This document shows, in pieces, positions 17,787-27,550 of a stretch of 64,000 nucleotides of DNA. Within the stretch, counting starts at the first letter, position 1, and each line of letters starts with the position of its first letter. Under the pieces are notes generated by a model. It ran no database searches, was not told the DNA's origin, and was given only the letters and a program-made list of their open reading frames with translations. The DNA comes from a virus (lineage: Duplodnaviria; Caudoviricetes): positions 128,001 to 192,000 of the IMG/VR virus record IMGVR_UViG_3300010167_001484; one strand, given 5' to 3'. The position numbers were made by a program, and so were the translations under genes.

Positions 17787-19591
17787 ATGTTAAAATTCTT
17801 ACACGAGATCAGGTTAGATCTATAGGTTGGAATGGTGACGCAAGTATAATAGACCTTAAATCTAATGTAAAATATACTGTAAGAGGTTCTGTAGGCGATT
17901 ATTATCATACTGATTTTATGCCCAAAACTCGAAATGATGCTGAAGCTATGTTACGTAATGCAGGAGGTAAATGGAGTTGGGGGGCTAGACCTGTAGTACT
18001 TCAGCTTTCTAATAACACAGCAACAGCTGCAGCTATACACACATATCCTCATAGTGTTGTAGTTGCATCAAATGCATTCAATATTGCAGCATCTGACTTA
18101 AAGAATGCTGGAGTTAGTGGTAACAATGCTGGTTGGGCTATCGGCTCTCATATGTGTTTACACTATATAGATTCGTTGAAATTAAGACCCTTGGGTGTGA
18201 ATAATTTTTATACTAGTATGAATAATGCGGTTGTTACAGCTGGTAGAATGGCTGGAAGTGCCGATTTATCTAAGGTAGCTACAATTCTAGGAGGAGGTGG
18301 TAGCGGAGGTGGTAGCGGAGGTGGTGGAGGATTTGGTGATGATGAATTTGGGTTTGGTCCATCACGTCCACAGCCTGCAGATCCTCCAGTTGTTATAAGA
18401 GATGGTAGATTTATATTGAATATGGAATATAATTCAGCTACTCAATTTTATAATAAGTATAAACTGTCTTGTCCTGCCGAGTCAGTGCCGTTTGTAGTAT
18501 TACCTGCTAGTTTTACATTGAATGGTAAGAAAGCTAGTGAATTGATAGGTTATTGTGCTTTAGTTGTTAATACCGATACTAATAATGCTCAAGCAAGTAT
18601 AATAGGTAATATTGGAGGTACAGGACAAATTGATACCGTATCTGTTAGAGCTGGTTGGGGTGTAGGTGCAGATCCTAGATATCCGAGTCAAGTATCAACT
18701 CCTAATATAGTTGGTAATTTCAAGATAGCAATATTTGATGATTTCACTCCTGAATGGTCTGCAGAAACATCTCTAATAAATCAAATAGAGTCTGAATGTT
18801 CTAGACGTTTAGCGGCTAGTTTAGTAGAATTAAATCAGAATGCAAGAGCTATGGAATTAAGTGGTGGAACAATGTCACCTGAGAGCATTGATCCTACAAT
18901 GATTGAAAAATATATGTTAACGGTTGATAGAAATACAACTAGTAGTTTCAGTTATAGTAGGGCTAAAGATTTAGGTGTAGTTGGTATGATGATTGAAGCA
19001 GGTTCTATAACATCATATTCTAGTTCTAAAGGTAATCGTTCATTTATTAACCCTAAACTTGAAGAACAAATAAGAGCAGCTGATGATAATAAATTAGATT
19101 ATGCGTTCTTCATGGATGCAAGAGCTAGAAATAAGATGGAAGTTCAGCAAGAAATGCATCTACTTTCTTATGTAACTAATAAATGGCCTCCTATACTAGG
19201 TATGTGGTTAAAAATCCAGCTAACACAATCTAAGAATGTTAATGATGATATAATTGATGAGTATTATACACAACTTGTAAAATTAGGTTTCATAGGTAAT
19301 GTAGGATTATATTGTGGTAGAAATCAACTTCAACAGATTGATTGGAAATCGCATAGCAAACATTGGTACTGGTTGATGGTTGATACAGTATCTAATGTGG
19401 GAGTATTAGATGAGTTACTGACACCAGAATTTTTCATGTTAGATCCTAATGCTCCAGAGGATGCGAGTGCTGATAGTTCTGCAAATTCTGGTTTAGGTAG
19501 ATTTGCAGCTGGTGCTGTAGGTCTCTTAGTAGCAGGTATTCCCGGAGCTATTGCAGGTGTTGCTATATATGATGCAGTTACAAGTAGGTAA
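17783..19591 (+). CDS. Multidomain tail-associated cell-wall enzyme: N-terminal His/Cys domain plus C-terminal GH25-like domain
   Basis: N-term HTDFMP..WSWGARP..HTYPH..GSHMCLH; C-term GVVGMMIEAG..INPKLEEQI..; Gly linker; hydrophobic tail. Confidence 0.5.
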   Translation: MNVKILTRDQVRSIGWNGDASIIDLKSNVKYTVRGSVGDYYHTDFMPKTRNDAEAMLRNAGGKWSWGARPVVLQLSNNTATAAAIHTYPHSVVVASNAFNIAASDLKNAGVSGNNAGWAIGSHMCLHYIDSLKLRPLGVNNFYTSMNNAVVTAGRMAGSADLSKVATILGGGGSGGGSGGGGGFGDDEFGFGPSRPQPADPPVVIRDGRFILNMEYNSATQFYNKYKLSCPAESVPFVVLPASFTLNGKKASELIGYCALVVNTDTNNAQASIIGNIGGTGQIDTVSVRAGWGVGADPRYPSQVSTPNIVGNFKIAIFDDFTPEWSAETSLINQIESECSRRLAASLVELNQNARAMELSGGTMSPESIDPTMIEKYMLTVDRNTTSSFSYSRAKDLGVVGMMIEAGSITSYSSSKGNRSFINPKLEEQIRAADDNKLDYAFFMDARARNKMEVQQEMHLLSYVTNKWPPILGMWLKIQLTQSKNVNDDIIDEYYTQLVKLGFIGNVGLYCGRNQLQQIDWKSHSKHWYWLMVDTVSNVGVLDELLTPEFFMLDPNAPEDASADSSANSGLGRFAAGAVGLLVAGIPGAIAGVAIYDAVTSR

Positions 19592-19599
19592 GATATTGT

Positions 19600-20919
19600 A
19601 TGACTAAATTAGAAGCGTTTGTTAGGTTACCATATGAATTTGTAGGTAAGAATTTTGATACAGTTAATTCTCAGTTAGGTATGGGTTTATCTAGAGGTAC
19701 TCCTTGGTGTGCATATTTCATTACAAATATAGCTAGAAAGGTTGGAGGAATATTAGGTGTAATCCTTATTAGTACAGGTAGTTCAGCTGCTATGACTAAA
19801 GATGCAAAAGGAGTTTCCGGAAGATATATACAAGGTGCAGGTGTTACACCTATACCTGGAGATATAATGTATTATCCTAAGGGACATGTTGGTATTGTTG
19901 TAAAAGTTAGCGGTAGTACGATTACACTTGTCGAAGGTAATGCTGGTGGAGGTTCAGGAAGTGCTACTCACAAATGTCTTGAAAAGACTCGTAATGTAGG
20001 TAATTCTGTTATAGGTGGTTATTGGAGACCTGAATGGGCTAAGGTAGGTTCGTTTTCAGGAGATTTAGGAAATTTAGGTGGTTCAGGTGGTTCAGGTGGT
20101 TCCGGTGAATTTTCTGAGGGTTTTGGTTCAGGTTCATATCAACCTCTATATGATAGACATAATACAAGAATAGATGGTACAATAAGAGAAGTAGGTATTA
20201 TGGATTCTTCATATAAACCTTCAATTAGTATATCTACATCCATGCCCAAATTATCTGTTATAAATTATACATCTATGTTAAGTGCAATGTTCATGGGTGC
20301 TGGTAGTGACGAAGATGGTGATGGTGATGGTGATGGTGGAGGTGGAGGTGGAGGTAATTATGGAGATGTGATAATAGGTAATATAACTGGACATGCTAGA
20401 ACTGTTGCTGAATATCTATTAGGTAAAGGTCTAAATCGTGCAGCAACTGCAGGTATTATGGGTAATATAGAAGCAGAAAGTGGATTTAATCCTGCGGCTG
20501 CTCAAGGTAATGGAAATTATCCATTAGGTGTAGGTATTATTCAATGGTCCGGTGGTAGACGAACTAATCTTATAAATGCAGTACCTAATTGGAAAACTAA
20601 TCTTACAGGTCAATTAAATTTCTTATGGGGAGAATTATCTGGAGGTTATAAAGATTCTACACTTACACCAATAAAAAGTGTAGCCGATTCGGACAATGGT
20701 TGTGGTGATGCTGTAGATATATTTTTACATAGATTTGAGAAACCTTGTATACACACACTTGGGGCAAAAAGTTGTAAAGAATTTAAAAGTAGATATGGTG
20801 GAGCGTCTGGTAGAAGAGGTGCATTATCTTTCTTTCGTTCTATGACTATTCAGCCGAATAGACCTTCTACTGGTAATAGTTTGTCTACATCTCAAGGTTA
20901 TTCGAGATTAATGGTGTGA
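19600..20919 (+). CDS. Tail-associated lysin: CHAP amidase plus phage tail lysozyme (Phage_lysozyme2)
   Basis: PWCAYF..GHVGIV..EGN; AGIMGNIEAESGFNP..GIIQWSGGRR..QLNFL..EL. Confidence 0.85.
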   Translation: MTKLEAFVRLPYEFVGKNFDTVNSQLGMGLSRGTPWCAYFITNIARKVGGILGVILISTGSSAAMTKDAKGVSGRYIQGAGVTPIPGDIMYYPKGHVGIVVKVSGSTITLVEGNAGGGSGSATHKCLEKTRNVGNSVIGGYWRPEWAKVGSFSGDLGNLGGSGGSGGSGEFSEGFGSGSYQPLYDRHNTRIDGTIREVGIMDSSYKPSISISTSMPKLSVINYTSMLSAMFMGAGSDEDGDGDGDGGGGGGGNYGDVIIGNITGHARTVAEYLLGKGLNRAATAGIMGNIEAESGFNPAAAQGNGNYPLGVGIIQWSGGRRTNLINAVPNWKTNLTGQLNFLWGELSGGYKDSTLTPIKSVADSDNGCGDAVDIFLHRFEKPCIHTLGAKSCKEFKSRYGGASGRRGALSFFRSMTIQPNRPSTGNSLSTSQGYSRLMV

Positions 20920-20923
20920 ATTA

Positions 20924-21223
20924 ATGACAACATTTGGTTATGCTAAACAATATATGTATGCTGGAGATAATACGTTACAGATACAAGTGCGTATTCCATC
21001 TATCCATGGACCTTATAAGCAATCCGATTATAAAGGTAAAGCGGTTCGTAATTATGTTAAAGATGAAGACTTACCTTTCTATCCATCTTTGTTATTACCC
21101 CATCTACCACACAATGGTGATGTAGTTGCAGTAACTGCTCTAGATAAAGGTAATACATCTTTTCTTGTAGTCGGTCTTATGGGTTCATCTTATCAACAAG
21201 GTAATATGATGAGTGGCGATTAA
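20924..21223 (+). CDS. Baseplate spike OB-fold protein (gp5 N-terminal-like)
   Basis: IQVRIPSIHG ... LPHNGDVV.V ... FLVVG. Confidence 0.65.
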   Translation: MTTFGYAKQYMYAGDNTLQIQVRIPSIHGPYKQSDYKGKAVRNYVKDEDLPFYPSLLLPHLPHNGDVVAVTALDKGNTSFLVVGLMGSSYQQGNMMSGD

Positions 21224-21238
21224 TAGGAGAATAGTATA

Positions 21239-21643
21239 ATGAGGACAAATTCTTTAGCGTTTCCTAATTTATTTGATGTGGCGAGAAATAGAGTCGGTGT
21301 TATAGAAGATAATGTATCTATAGTATCACGTGTTAGACTTCTGATATTGACAGAACCTACCGAATTATATGATAATCCTACATTCGGAGTTGGTTTAAAA
21401 CGCCATCTATGGCAGTATAATAACGAGAATCAGATCGCTATAATTCAAGATAGAATAAAAGCACAATTAGAAATATATGAACCTTGTGTTGATGCTGAAG
21501 AAACAACTTTTGCTCCTGGTCTGTTGTTTACAGGTGATGATGCATCTAACAGTAGTAGAGAGTTTGATAAGGTTAAAATGACTGTAGGGCTTAGAACTAT
21601 ATATAATGATCAAATTGAAGTTCAATTAGACAATTTCAAGTAA
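21239..21643 (+). CDS. Baseplate wedge subunit, gp25-like
   Basis: LILTEPTELYDNPTFGVGLKRHL ... YEP. Confidence 0.85.
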   Translation: MRTNSLAFPNLFDVARNRVGVIEDNVSIVSRVRLLILTEPTELYDNPTFGVGLKRHLWQYNNENQIAIIQDRIKAQLEIYEPCVDAEETTFAPGLLFTGDDASNSSREFDKVKMTVGLRTIYNDQIEVQLDNFK

Positions 21644-21656
21644 GGGGTATAAATCT

Positions 21657-23690
21657 ATGAGAAATAGAAGTAGAGAAAAAGGAATGATACGCTATACGTC
21701 GCGTGATTATGAGTCAATTTTGGAGGAATTTTTCTTACTTGTTCCAAAGTTAACTGATTTATGGAAACCTGAAGCTGATTCAGATCCAGGTGTAGTTATA
21801 GGTAAATTTATAGCTAGTGTGGCTGCAATGCTCGGAACAAATTTGGACTGGTTAGCTAATGAAATATATGGACCTTCCGTCACCCAACGTAAGAATGCTG
21901 AGAAGCTATTTAGTCTTATTGGATACAAATTGGGGTGGTATACAGCTGCTAGGACTGAAGTAACATTTACAAATAGTGGTATATATGATTCCCAACTTAA
22001 CTTTGGATTTAATGGTAGCAATTTTGCTACATTGAATGCATATACAGATATAACTGCACAACCTCGTGTAATAACATATAACATATTACCTCTTACAAAT
22101 AGATTTGGTGCTCCTGAATCTAGAAGTCGTAGGCAAGTTAAAGACGAAGGTTTGAATATGTTCACCGATGATGATAGAGTTATACTCGAACCTAATAAGA
22201 GTGTAACAAGGGTAGCGATAGAAGGAGAACTTCGTAGTTTTTCTATATCTGTTAAAGCTATCAAGGAGAATAATTATATAATCAAATTACCTTCACAACA
22301 TCTAGATACAACTGCTGTTTGGATTAAAGCTAGACCTTCTACAACTAGTGGTATAGACAATAGTCAATATATTGCAACTCAATGGATACAGGTATTATCT
22401 CCTGCAGATTTTATAATACCTGAGCCTAGGTTTGCAGTTACGTATGATAATTATTCAAATGCTCAAATTCAGATAAGTAATTATCTTAATCAGCTAGATA
22501 ATTATGATTCAAATTGGTTAGTTATATATTGGGTAGATTGTTCTGGTATAATAGGTTCTGTAGGTTCTAATGTTTTAACAAATTTCTTACCTGCATGGCC
22601 AGATAAGAATTCTTTTGTTGCAGAGGATCTGACTATATCTAATTTATCTAATACAGTAGAATTACCTCATACAAATACAATAACAGGTAGAAGTCCTGAA
22701 ACCGCTAAACAAGCATATCTTAATAGTAGAAATTATCATAATACTTGGGACAGTTTGATAACATTGCCAGATTTTAATAGGTTTTTAAATAGAGAGCCTG
22801 GTATAGATTGTGGATTAGTTATTGATTGCCAGAAAGCTCTAGAAATAAATCTTGCAATTTATCATGACCCTAATTTAACTTTTGAGCAAAAAGCAAAGAT
22901 GTATATTGGACCTGGTGATATACCTGCATTAGATGTACCTATGTTTGATTGGAAGAATATATTAGAGCTTGGGTTTGATCCAGAAGATCCTTTGAAATTC
23001 ATATTTCAAGCTGGATTCAAAACATATGAAGCTTTTTGTTTCGGAATTCACAATGATTTTAATAATAGTAATTTTGGTACTAATCTAACAAGTCATGTGA
23101 TTGTATCTACCTCAAGTGTTACAGTTCCTACAGAATTTAAATCAGATATCTGTAAGCATATGAGATCTGAAGATGAACAACATATTAGAACACAAGGTCT
23201 ACGCAAATCTTCTATAAATATACAAATGAAATCTAAAGATACACAATTTATACAATATAGAATGCCTCCAATGTTTGAACAGATGGTTATTAGAGATTAT
23301 AAACCTTTACAGGCTATGACAGTTAAGTTAAGATTCTGTTTCGCTAGAATATTTCCATGGTATGTTGTAGGGTTGATATATCCTCATAATCCTGTTTCAC
23401 CTGATGTTGGTAGAAACATAATTGCTAAGGTTAAAGAAGATCTTGCGATTCATTTTGCTCCAGCTAATAGGCAGTTTGGTATTAAACCTACAGTTATGGA
23501 AGTAGTAGATGTAATTCAAAATGCAGATAGTAGAATCGATTATTTTGACGCTGGAAGTATAAATAATCCCATCATAAATTATAAAGATTGTGATACGTCT
23601 TATTTTAATCCCATCAGTTTTGCTCGATATTTAGACATCGGCGACATTTCTCAAAATTTAAGAATTGCACCTGAGTATCTTTTGAAGTGA
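21657..23690 (+). CDS. Baseplate wedge protein (gp6 / baseplate J-like)
   Basis: YTSRDYESI..W...SDPG..LIGY; GRSPET..LITLPDF. Confidence 0.8.
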   Translation: MRNRSREKGMIRYTSRDYESILEEFFLLVPKLTDLWKPEADSDPGVVIGKFIASVAAMLGTNLDWLANEIYGPSVTQRKNAEKLFSLIGYKLGWYTAARTEVTFTNSGIYDSQLNFGFNGSNFATLNAYTDITAQPRVITYNILPLTNRFGAPESRSRRQVKDEGLNMFTDDDRVILEPNKSVTRVAIEGELRSFSISVKAIKENNYIIKLPSQHLDTTAVWIKARPSTTSGIDNSQYIATQWIQVLSPADFIIPEPRFAVTYDNYSNAQIQISNYLNQLDNYDSNWLVIYWVDCSGIIGSVGSNVLTNFLPAWPDKNSFVAEDLTISNLSNTVELPHTNTITGRSPETAKQAYLNSRNYHNTWDSLITLPDFNRFLNREPGIDCGLVIDCQKALEINLAIYHDPNLTFEQKAKMYIGPGDIPALDVPMFDWKNILELGFDPEDPLKFIFQAGFKTYEAFCFGIHNDFNNSNFGTNLTSHVIVSTSSVTVPTEFKSDICKHMRSEDEQHIRTQGLRKSSINIQMKSKDTQFIQYRMPPMFEQMVIRDYKPLQAMTVKLRFCFARIFPWYVVGLIYPHNPVSPDVGRNIIAKVKEDLAIHFAPANRQFGIKPTVMEVVDVIQNADSRIDYFDAGSINNPIINYKDCDTSYFNPISFARYLDIGDISQNLRIAPEYLLK

Positions 23691-23700
23691 GGCTATTTAT

Positions 23701-23901
23701 ATGGAGATGAATGAAAATGAGATATTAGAGTATTTAGATTTTTGTATTAATGAATGGCGTGATAGGAATGAAGATATTAACCATATACATCATAATATTT
23801 CGTTATATTATATAGATGCCTTTCAGTCTGTGAGAAGTTCCTTATTTGGATCTACATTACCATTGAGAGTAGAGGAGAAGGTTGATGAAAATTTATGCTA
23901 G
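23701..23901 (+). CDS. Small hypothetical protein, paralog of 24753
   Basis: Shared LD..I..WR....DINH....S.YYIDAFQ.VR..FG. Confidence 0.65.
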   Translation: MEMNENEILEYLDFCINEWRDRNEDINHIHHNISLYYIDAFQSVRSSLFGSTLPLRVEEKVDENLC

Positions 23902-24667
23902 TTCAAATGTAAGGGTGAAGAAAATAGATGAGCCCGAATCTATGGAAATCAGACAACAACTTCTAAAAGAATTTTCAGACTATTCTAATATCATATTCTT
24001 AGGTACTTATCAAGATTATCGAGGTCGTCAAGCATATAAATATATTCTAAAGCACCCTGATTATGAAGATGATATCGAATGGGTTATTCCTGGTGAAGGT
24101 GTTCAAATCTTTGATATGGCTAATAATTTTAATGATATCGCTAAGAGGTTTTTGAATAAGGTGTATCCAAAAATGCCAAGAAGTGTACCTCCTAATGGTT
24201 GGGATACTGATAAAACTATTACACTTACAACTGAATGGGGAGATAAATCTGATTTTGATATAATTAAATCAAAACAGAAAGCTATTAAATTCTTATATGG
24301 TGCATTGTATGATATTAATTTTCCTATGATGCGTCTAAGTTATCATCAATATGATGAAACTGAATATATAGAACATATGCAGAAATTCGATACAGATGAC
24401 GGAGTATATGGTAATGAGGGTGACGAAGATACTGTTACATATTTTTATGCAGACGGTGAATTCTATTCAATAGATTATGAAACTACACTTGAAGAAGGTA
24501 TTAAAATATATTATGCAATACCTAATGTAGAGTCATTACATCAATCAAATGCTAATAGTGCTGTTATATATAAAGGGTATATCTTCAAAGATGAAACAGG
24601 TTACTATTATAGCGAGATGGGTGAATGTGAGAATTCAGATGATTGGGAAGAAGTTATAGAAGTCTAA
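23885..24667 (+). CDS. Acidic hypothetical protein with short leader variant (MKIYASS)
   Basis: ORF track; RBS upstream. Confidence 0.6.
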   Translation: MKIYASSNVRVKKIDEPESMEIRQQLLKEFSDYSNIIFLGTYQDYRGRQAYKYILKHPDYEDDIEWVIPGEGVQIFDMANNFNDIAKRFLNKVYPKMPRSVPPNGWDTDKTITLTTEWGDKSDFDIIKSKQKAIKFLYGALYDINFPMMRLSYHQYDETEYIEHMQKFDTDDGVYGNEGDEDTVTYFYADGEFYSIDYETTLEEGIKIYYAIPNVESLHQSNANSAVIYKGYIFKDETGYYYSEMGECENSDDWEEVIEV

Positions 24668-24752
24668 TATGGTTTTAGATATGTACGAACTATTTGTTGT
24701 AATCTTTATATGTGTTTGTATTAAAATTTATAAGAAACTATTGAAGAAATAA

Positions 24753-24956
24753 ATGTGTGATATGGTTGAAGTTGTAGATAATATTAGCACAATTGTTGGT
24801 GATGATGACTTATTGTATTTTCTGGATACAAAAATAGCTGATTGGAGAAAGATATTGAAGGATATTAATCATCCTCAATATTCAGTATCAATATATTACA
24901 TTGATGCATTTCAAGCAGTTAGATGCTTTGTGTTTGGGGAACGGCTTGAAAATTAG
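24753..24956 (+). CDS. Small hypothetical protein, paralog of 23701
   Basis: See 23701. Confidence 0.65.
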   Translation: MCDMVEVVDNISTIVGDDDLLYFLDTKIADWRKILKDINHPQYSVSIYYIDAFQAVRCFVFGERLEN

Positions 24957-24969
24957 TTGAGGTGATAAA

Positions 24970-26652
24970 ATGATTATAAAAGATGTGCCCTTACCTGAAG
25001 AGTATTTGGTATCTCAAGATTTTCGATTTTTTGTCGATTGGGTGGCTCATACACTTGATAGATATAAATACGAGCATGAGAATTTCATGGATCTTTACGA
25101 TCCGCTCAGAATACCTGAGCATCTGTTATGGGCATTAGCTGATACGATGGGTTATAAATTTGATGATAGATTGCCCACATCTTTTAATAGATTAGTTCTT
25201 CTATATTTTATTTCTATGATTAAAAATAGGGGATCAAAAGATGGTGTGACATTAGCAGCTCAAACAAATTTAGCACAATTTAATATATTGATGAAGGCTC
25301 AAGGTTTCACCGATATTAATGGTAAAATCTATCCACCTAATGATATATTATATAATAGATTAGAAGATCCTACTATTCCTGTTAATGCAGTTTATGTATC
25401 TGTATATACAGAAAAAGGGTATATTGATATTGTTTATTTTTCTGATAAAGTACCTTTGGATGCTTGTTTAGAATATGTACGACCTGTAGGAATGTATGCT
25501 TTTCAGCATGCAGGTGTGAGATTTGATGCTAAAACAAAGGTTTCTATTGATTCCAGATTAACTAATACAAGGGATGCAGGTATGTCTTTTGGTCCTACAC
25601 ATGTTGGTCATTATCGTAGAAAGGATTATGCATCTATGCAATTAACTCGTCAAAAATTGAATGATACTATGCCGTTATTCAGAGTTAGGAGAGTTCCAAA
25701 TACTAGTAGAGGTAAGTGGTTCGTACAAGAATATATTGATAGAGAAGATAATCTTGGATGGAAATCAGTATATGGTCCATTTGAGTCAGAACGAATAGCA
25801 ACATCATATTTTGAAGCAAACATGATTGAACCTAGACATACTAGAGAAAATGTGTGGTATAGAAATCGCGAAGGTGAAAGTGGTGTATTAGAGCCTCCTA
25901 CAAGTTATGCATCTAATTCTTTCCAATATCAAGTGAATGGTGAAGATTATGTGATGAATCCTGGATATAGAACATTATATTCATTGCAACTTTGTAATAA
26001 TGAGAATATAACTAAATCTTTATTCGATGAGCCGATATTCAGTTTAGGTTATGGTCCCCAAGATGTTGAAACTAAAAGATATGATGATGATTATATGAAG
26101 TATCCTTATCGTGATAAGTATGAAGATGGTACATTTGAAGAACCTGAATCTTATATAGATAGAGAGGGTATATCAAATCGTCGTGTACTGGGTAGTAAGG
26201 TGTATAATTTACGTGTAGATAGGGATTTAGAAGAATCTAGAATAGTTCCTAATTTGACAACTTATGCTATTGATGGTGAGGGTGATGAATGGTATCTATT
26301 AAAAGATGGAAAACGTCTAGAGCCTGGTAAGGTTTATGCTGAGAGAAGGATAGCAGAGATTAGATTAGCTGTATTGGTTCCTCCAGATGTATACACTGTT
26401 GAAGCAAGGCATCCATCTCATCCTGAGAGAACAGATATAGCTGACCAAGGTACAGCTGATTATGAAGTAGAGCGTATTAATAAACCTAATGTTACTAAAC
26501 CACGACCTGCAGTTAATCCTATAATGGCATCATTAGGTGACTCATTGTCAATGGATACGATGAATACAGAGTATATGATGAAAGAACGTAATACTGATGG
26601 GATAATCGAGGACGACACTAGTTTTGAGATAAAGCCCAACACAGAGTTATAA
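24970..26652 (+). CDS. Baseplate/tail protein (P2 gpI / gp7-like N-terminus)
   Basis: LYDPLRIPEHLLWALADTMG ... KNRGSKDG ... YVRPVG. Confidence 0.7.
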   Translation: MIIKDVPLPEEYLVSQDFRFFVDWVAHTLDRYKYEHENFMDLYDPLRIPEHLLWALADTMGYKFDDRLPTSFNRLVLLYFISMIKNRGSKDGVTLAAQTNLAQFNILMKAQGFTDINGKIYPPNDILYNRLEDPTIPVNAVYVSVYTEKGYIDIVYFSDKVPLDACLEYVRPVGMYAFQHAGVRFDAKTKVSIDSRLTNTRDAGMSFGPTHVGHYRRKDYASMQLTRQKLNDTMPLFRVRRVPNTSRGKWFVQEYIDREDNLGWKSVYGPFESERIATSYFEANMIEPRHTRENVWYRNREGESGVLEPPTSYASNSFQYQVNGEDYVMNPGYRTLYSLQLCNNENITKSLFDEPIFSLGYGPQDVETKRYDDDYMKYPYRDKYEDGTFEEPESYIDREGISNRRVLGSKVYNLRVDRDLEESRIVPNLTTYAIDGEGDEWYLLKDGKRLEPGKVYAERRIAEIRLAVLVPPDVYTVEARHPSHPERTDIADQGTADYEVERINKPNVTKPRPAVNPIMASLGDSLSMDTMNTEYMMKERNTDGIIEDDTSFEIKPNTEL

Positions 26653-26664
26653 ACCTTTAATATT
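26652..26664 (+). promoter_or_regulatory. Putative late promoter
   Basis: AACCTTTAATATT. Confidence 0.55.
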
Positions 26665-26688
26665 AATGTATTAAGTAGGTGATTCTGT

Positions 26689-27111
26689 ATGAAAGTAGGA
26701 CAGTTCGACATATGTCCTGTGTGTAAATTTGTATTAGGACAGGAGAATCAATTTCAAATAAGGGAATGTCCTAATTGTAATACACTAATACCTCCTAGAA
26801 TGGGTCAAGGATATGCTGTTAGATTAGATCATGGTATGTTAGAATCTAATAGAGATGATTTAGGGTTTATCAACCCTAATCTACATAGAAGAATTATCTA
26901 TTGTGAATGTATGGAACTGAATAGCTGGATTTGTCCTGTACATAAAGATGTAGGTGTCTGTAATTGTGAACCTTATGTTATACCTTGTGAATGTGGTGTG
27001 CGAAATAGGTCTAATGAAACTTACAAAGTCAGTATAAATGGAATTCAATCGTATCTTGAAACATCAATAAAAATTCGTGATGAAGATAGTGTTATTTCGG
27101 AGATACCTTAA
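26689..27111 (+). CDS. Cys-rich zinc-ribbon protein
   Basis: CPVC, CPNC, CEC, CPVH, CNC. Confidence 0.55.
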   Translation: MKVGQFDICPVCKFVLGQENQFQIRECPNCNTLIPPRMGQGYAVRLDHGMLESNRDDLGFINPNLHRRIIYCECMELNSWICPVHKDVGVCNCEPYVIPCECGVRNRSNETYKVSINGIQSYLETSIKIRDEDSVISEIP

Positions 27112-27347
27112 TGAAATCTAATAGAATTAGAGTAGTAACCAAGCAACAAGTTGATTTTGAAACTTTACCTCAATTAAAGAAATATTTGTGGTTGAATATT
27201 AAAACCAACAAGCATTATCGTATTGTGAGTGTGTTTAAGGGTTATGATGGTAATAGATATGTAGCTTTGATAAATATACCGGATGTTTCTGATAGACGTT
27301 TAATTCTATTTTCACAATTCTTGCAGAAATTCCAGTTAATTTTATAA
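27111..27347 (+). CDS. Small protein, homolog of 32372 but without the leader
   Basis: FKGYDGNRYVAL..LILFSQFLQKFQLI vs FVGFDGEQYIAL..YILYDKFVKQYQIL. Confidence 0.6.
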   Translation: MKSNRIRVVTKQQVDFETLPQLKKYLWLNIKTNKHYRIVSVFKGYDGNRYVALINIPDVSDRRLILFSQFLQKFQLIL

Positions 27348-27360
27348 AGGTGTTTATATA

Positions 27361-27549
27361 ATGGGAAGTTATTCAAATTCATTTATAGATTATCAGTTTG
27401 ACAATGATTTTTGGAATTTAAATAAAGTCTCAAATAAGCGCTTATCTATATTCGTGTCGATACTTGTAATTTCTATAATTGTATTAGGAATACCTATTAT
27501 AATATATAATGGAATCAGTGTTATATACTATAAGATTCGAGGTCATTAG
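27361..27549 (+). CDS. Small membrane protein
   Basis: One long hydrophobic helix. Confidence 0.5.
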   Translation: MGSYSNSFIDYQFDNDFWNLNKVSNKRLSIFVSILVISIIVLGIPIIIYNGISVIYYKIRGH

Positions 27550-27550
27550 A

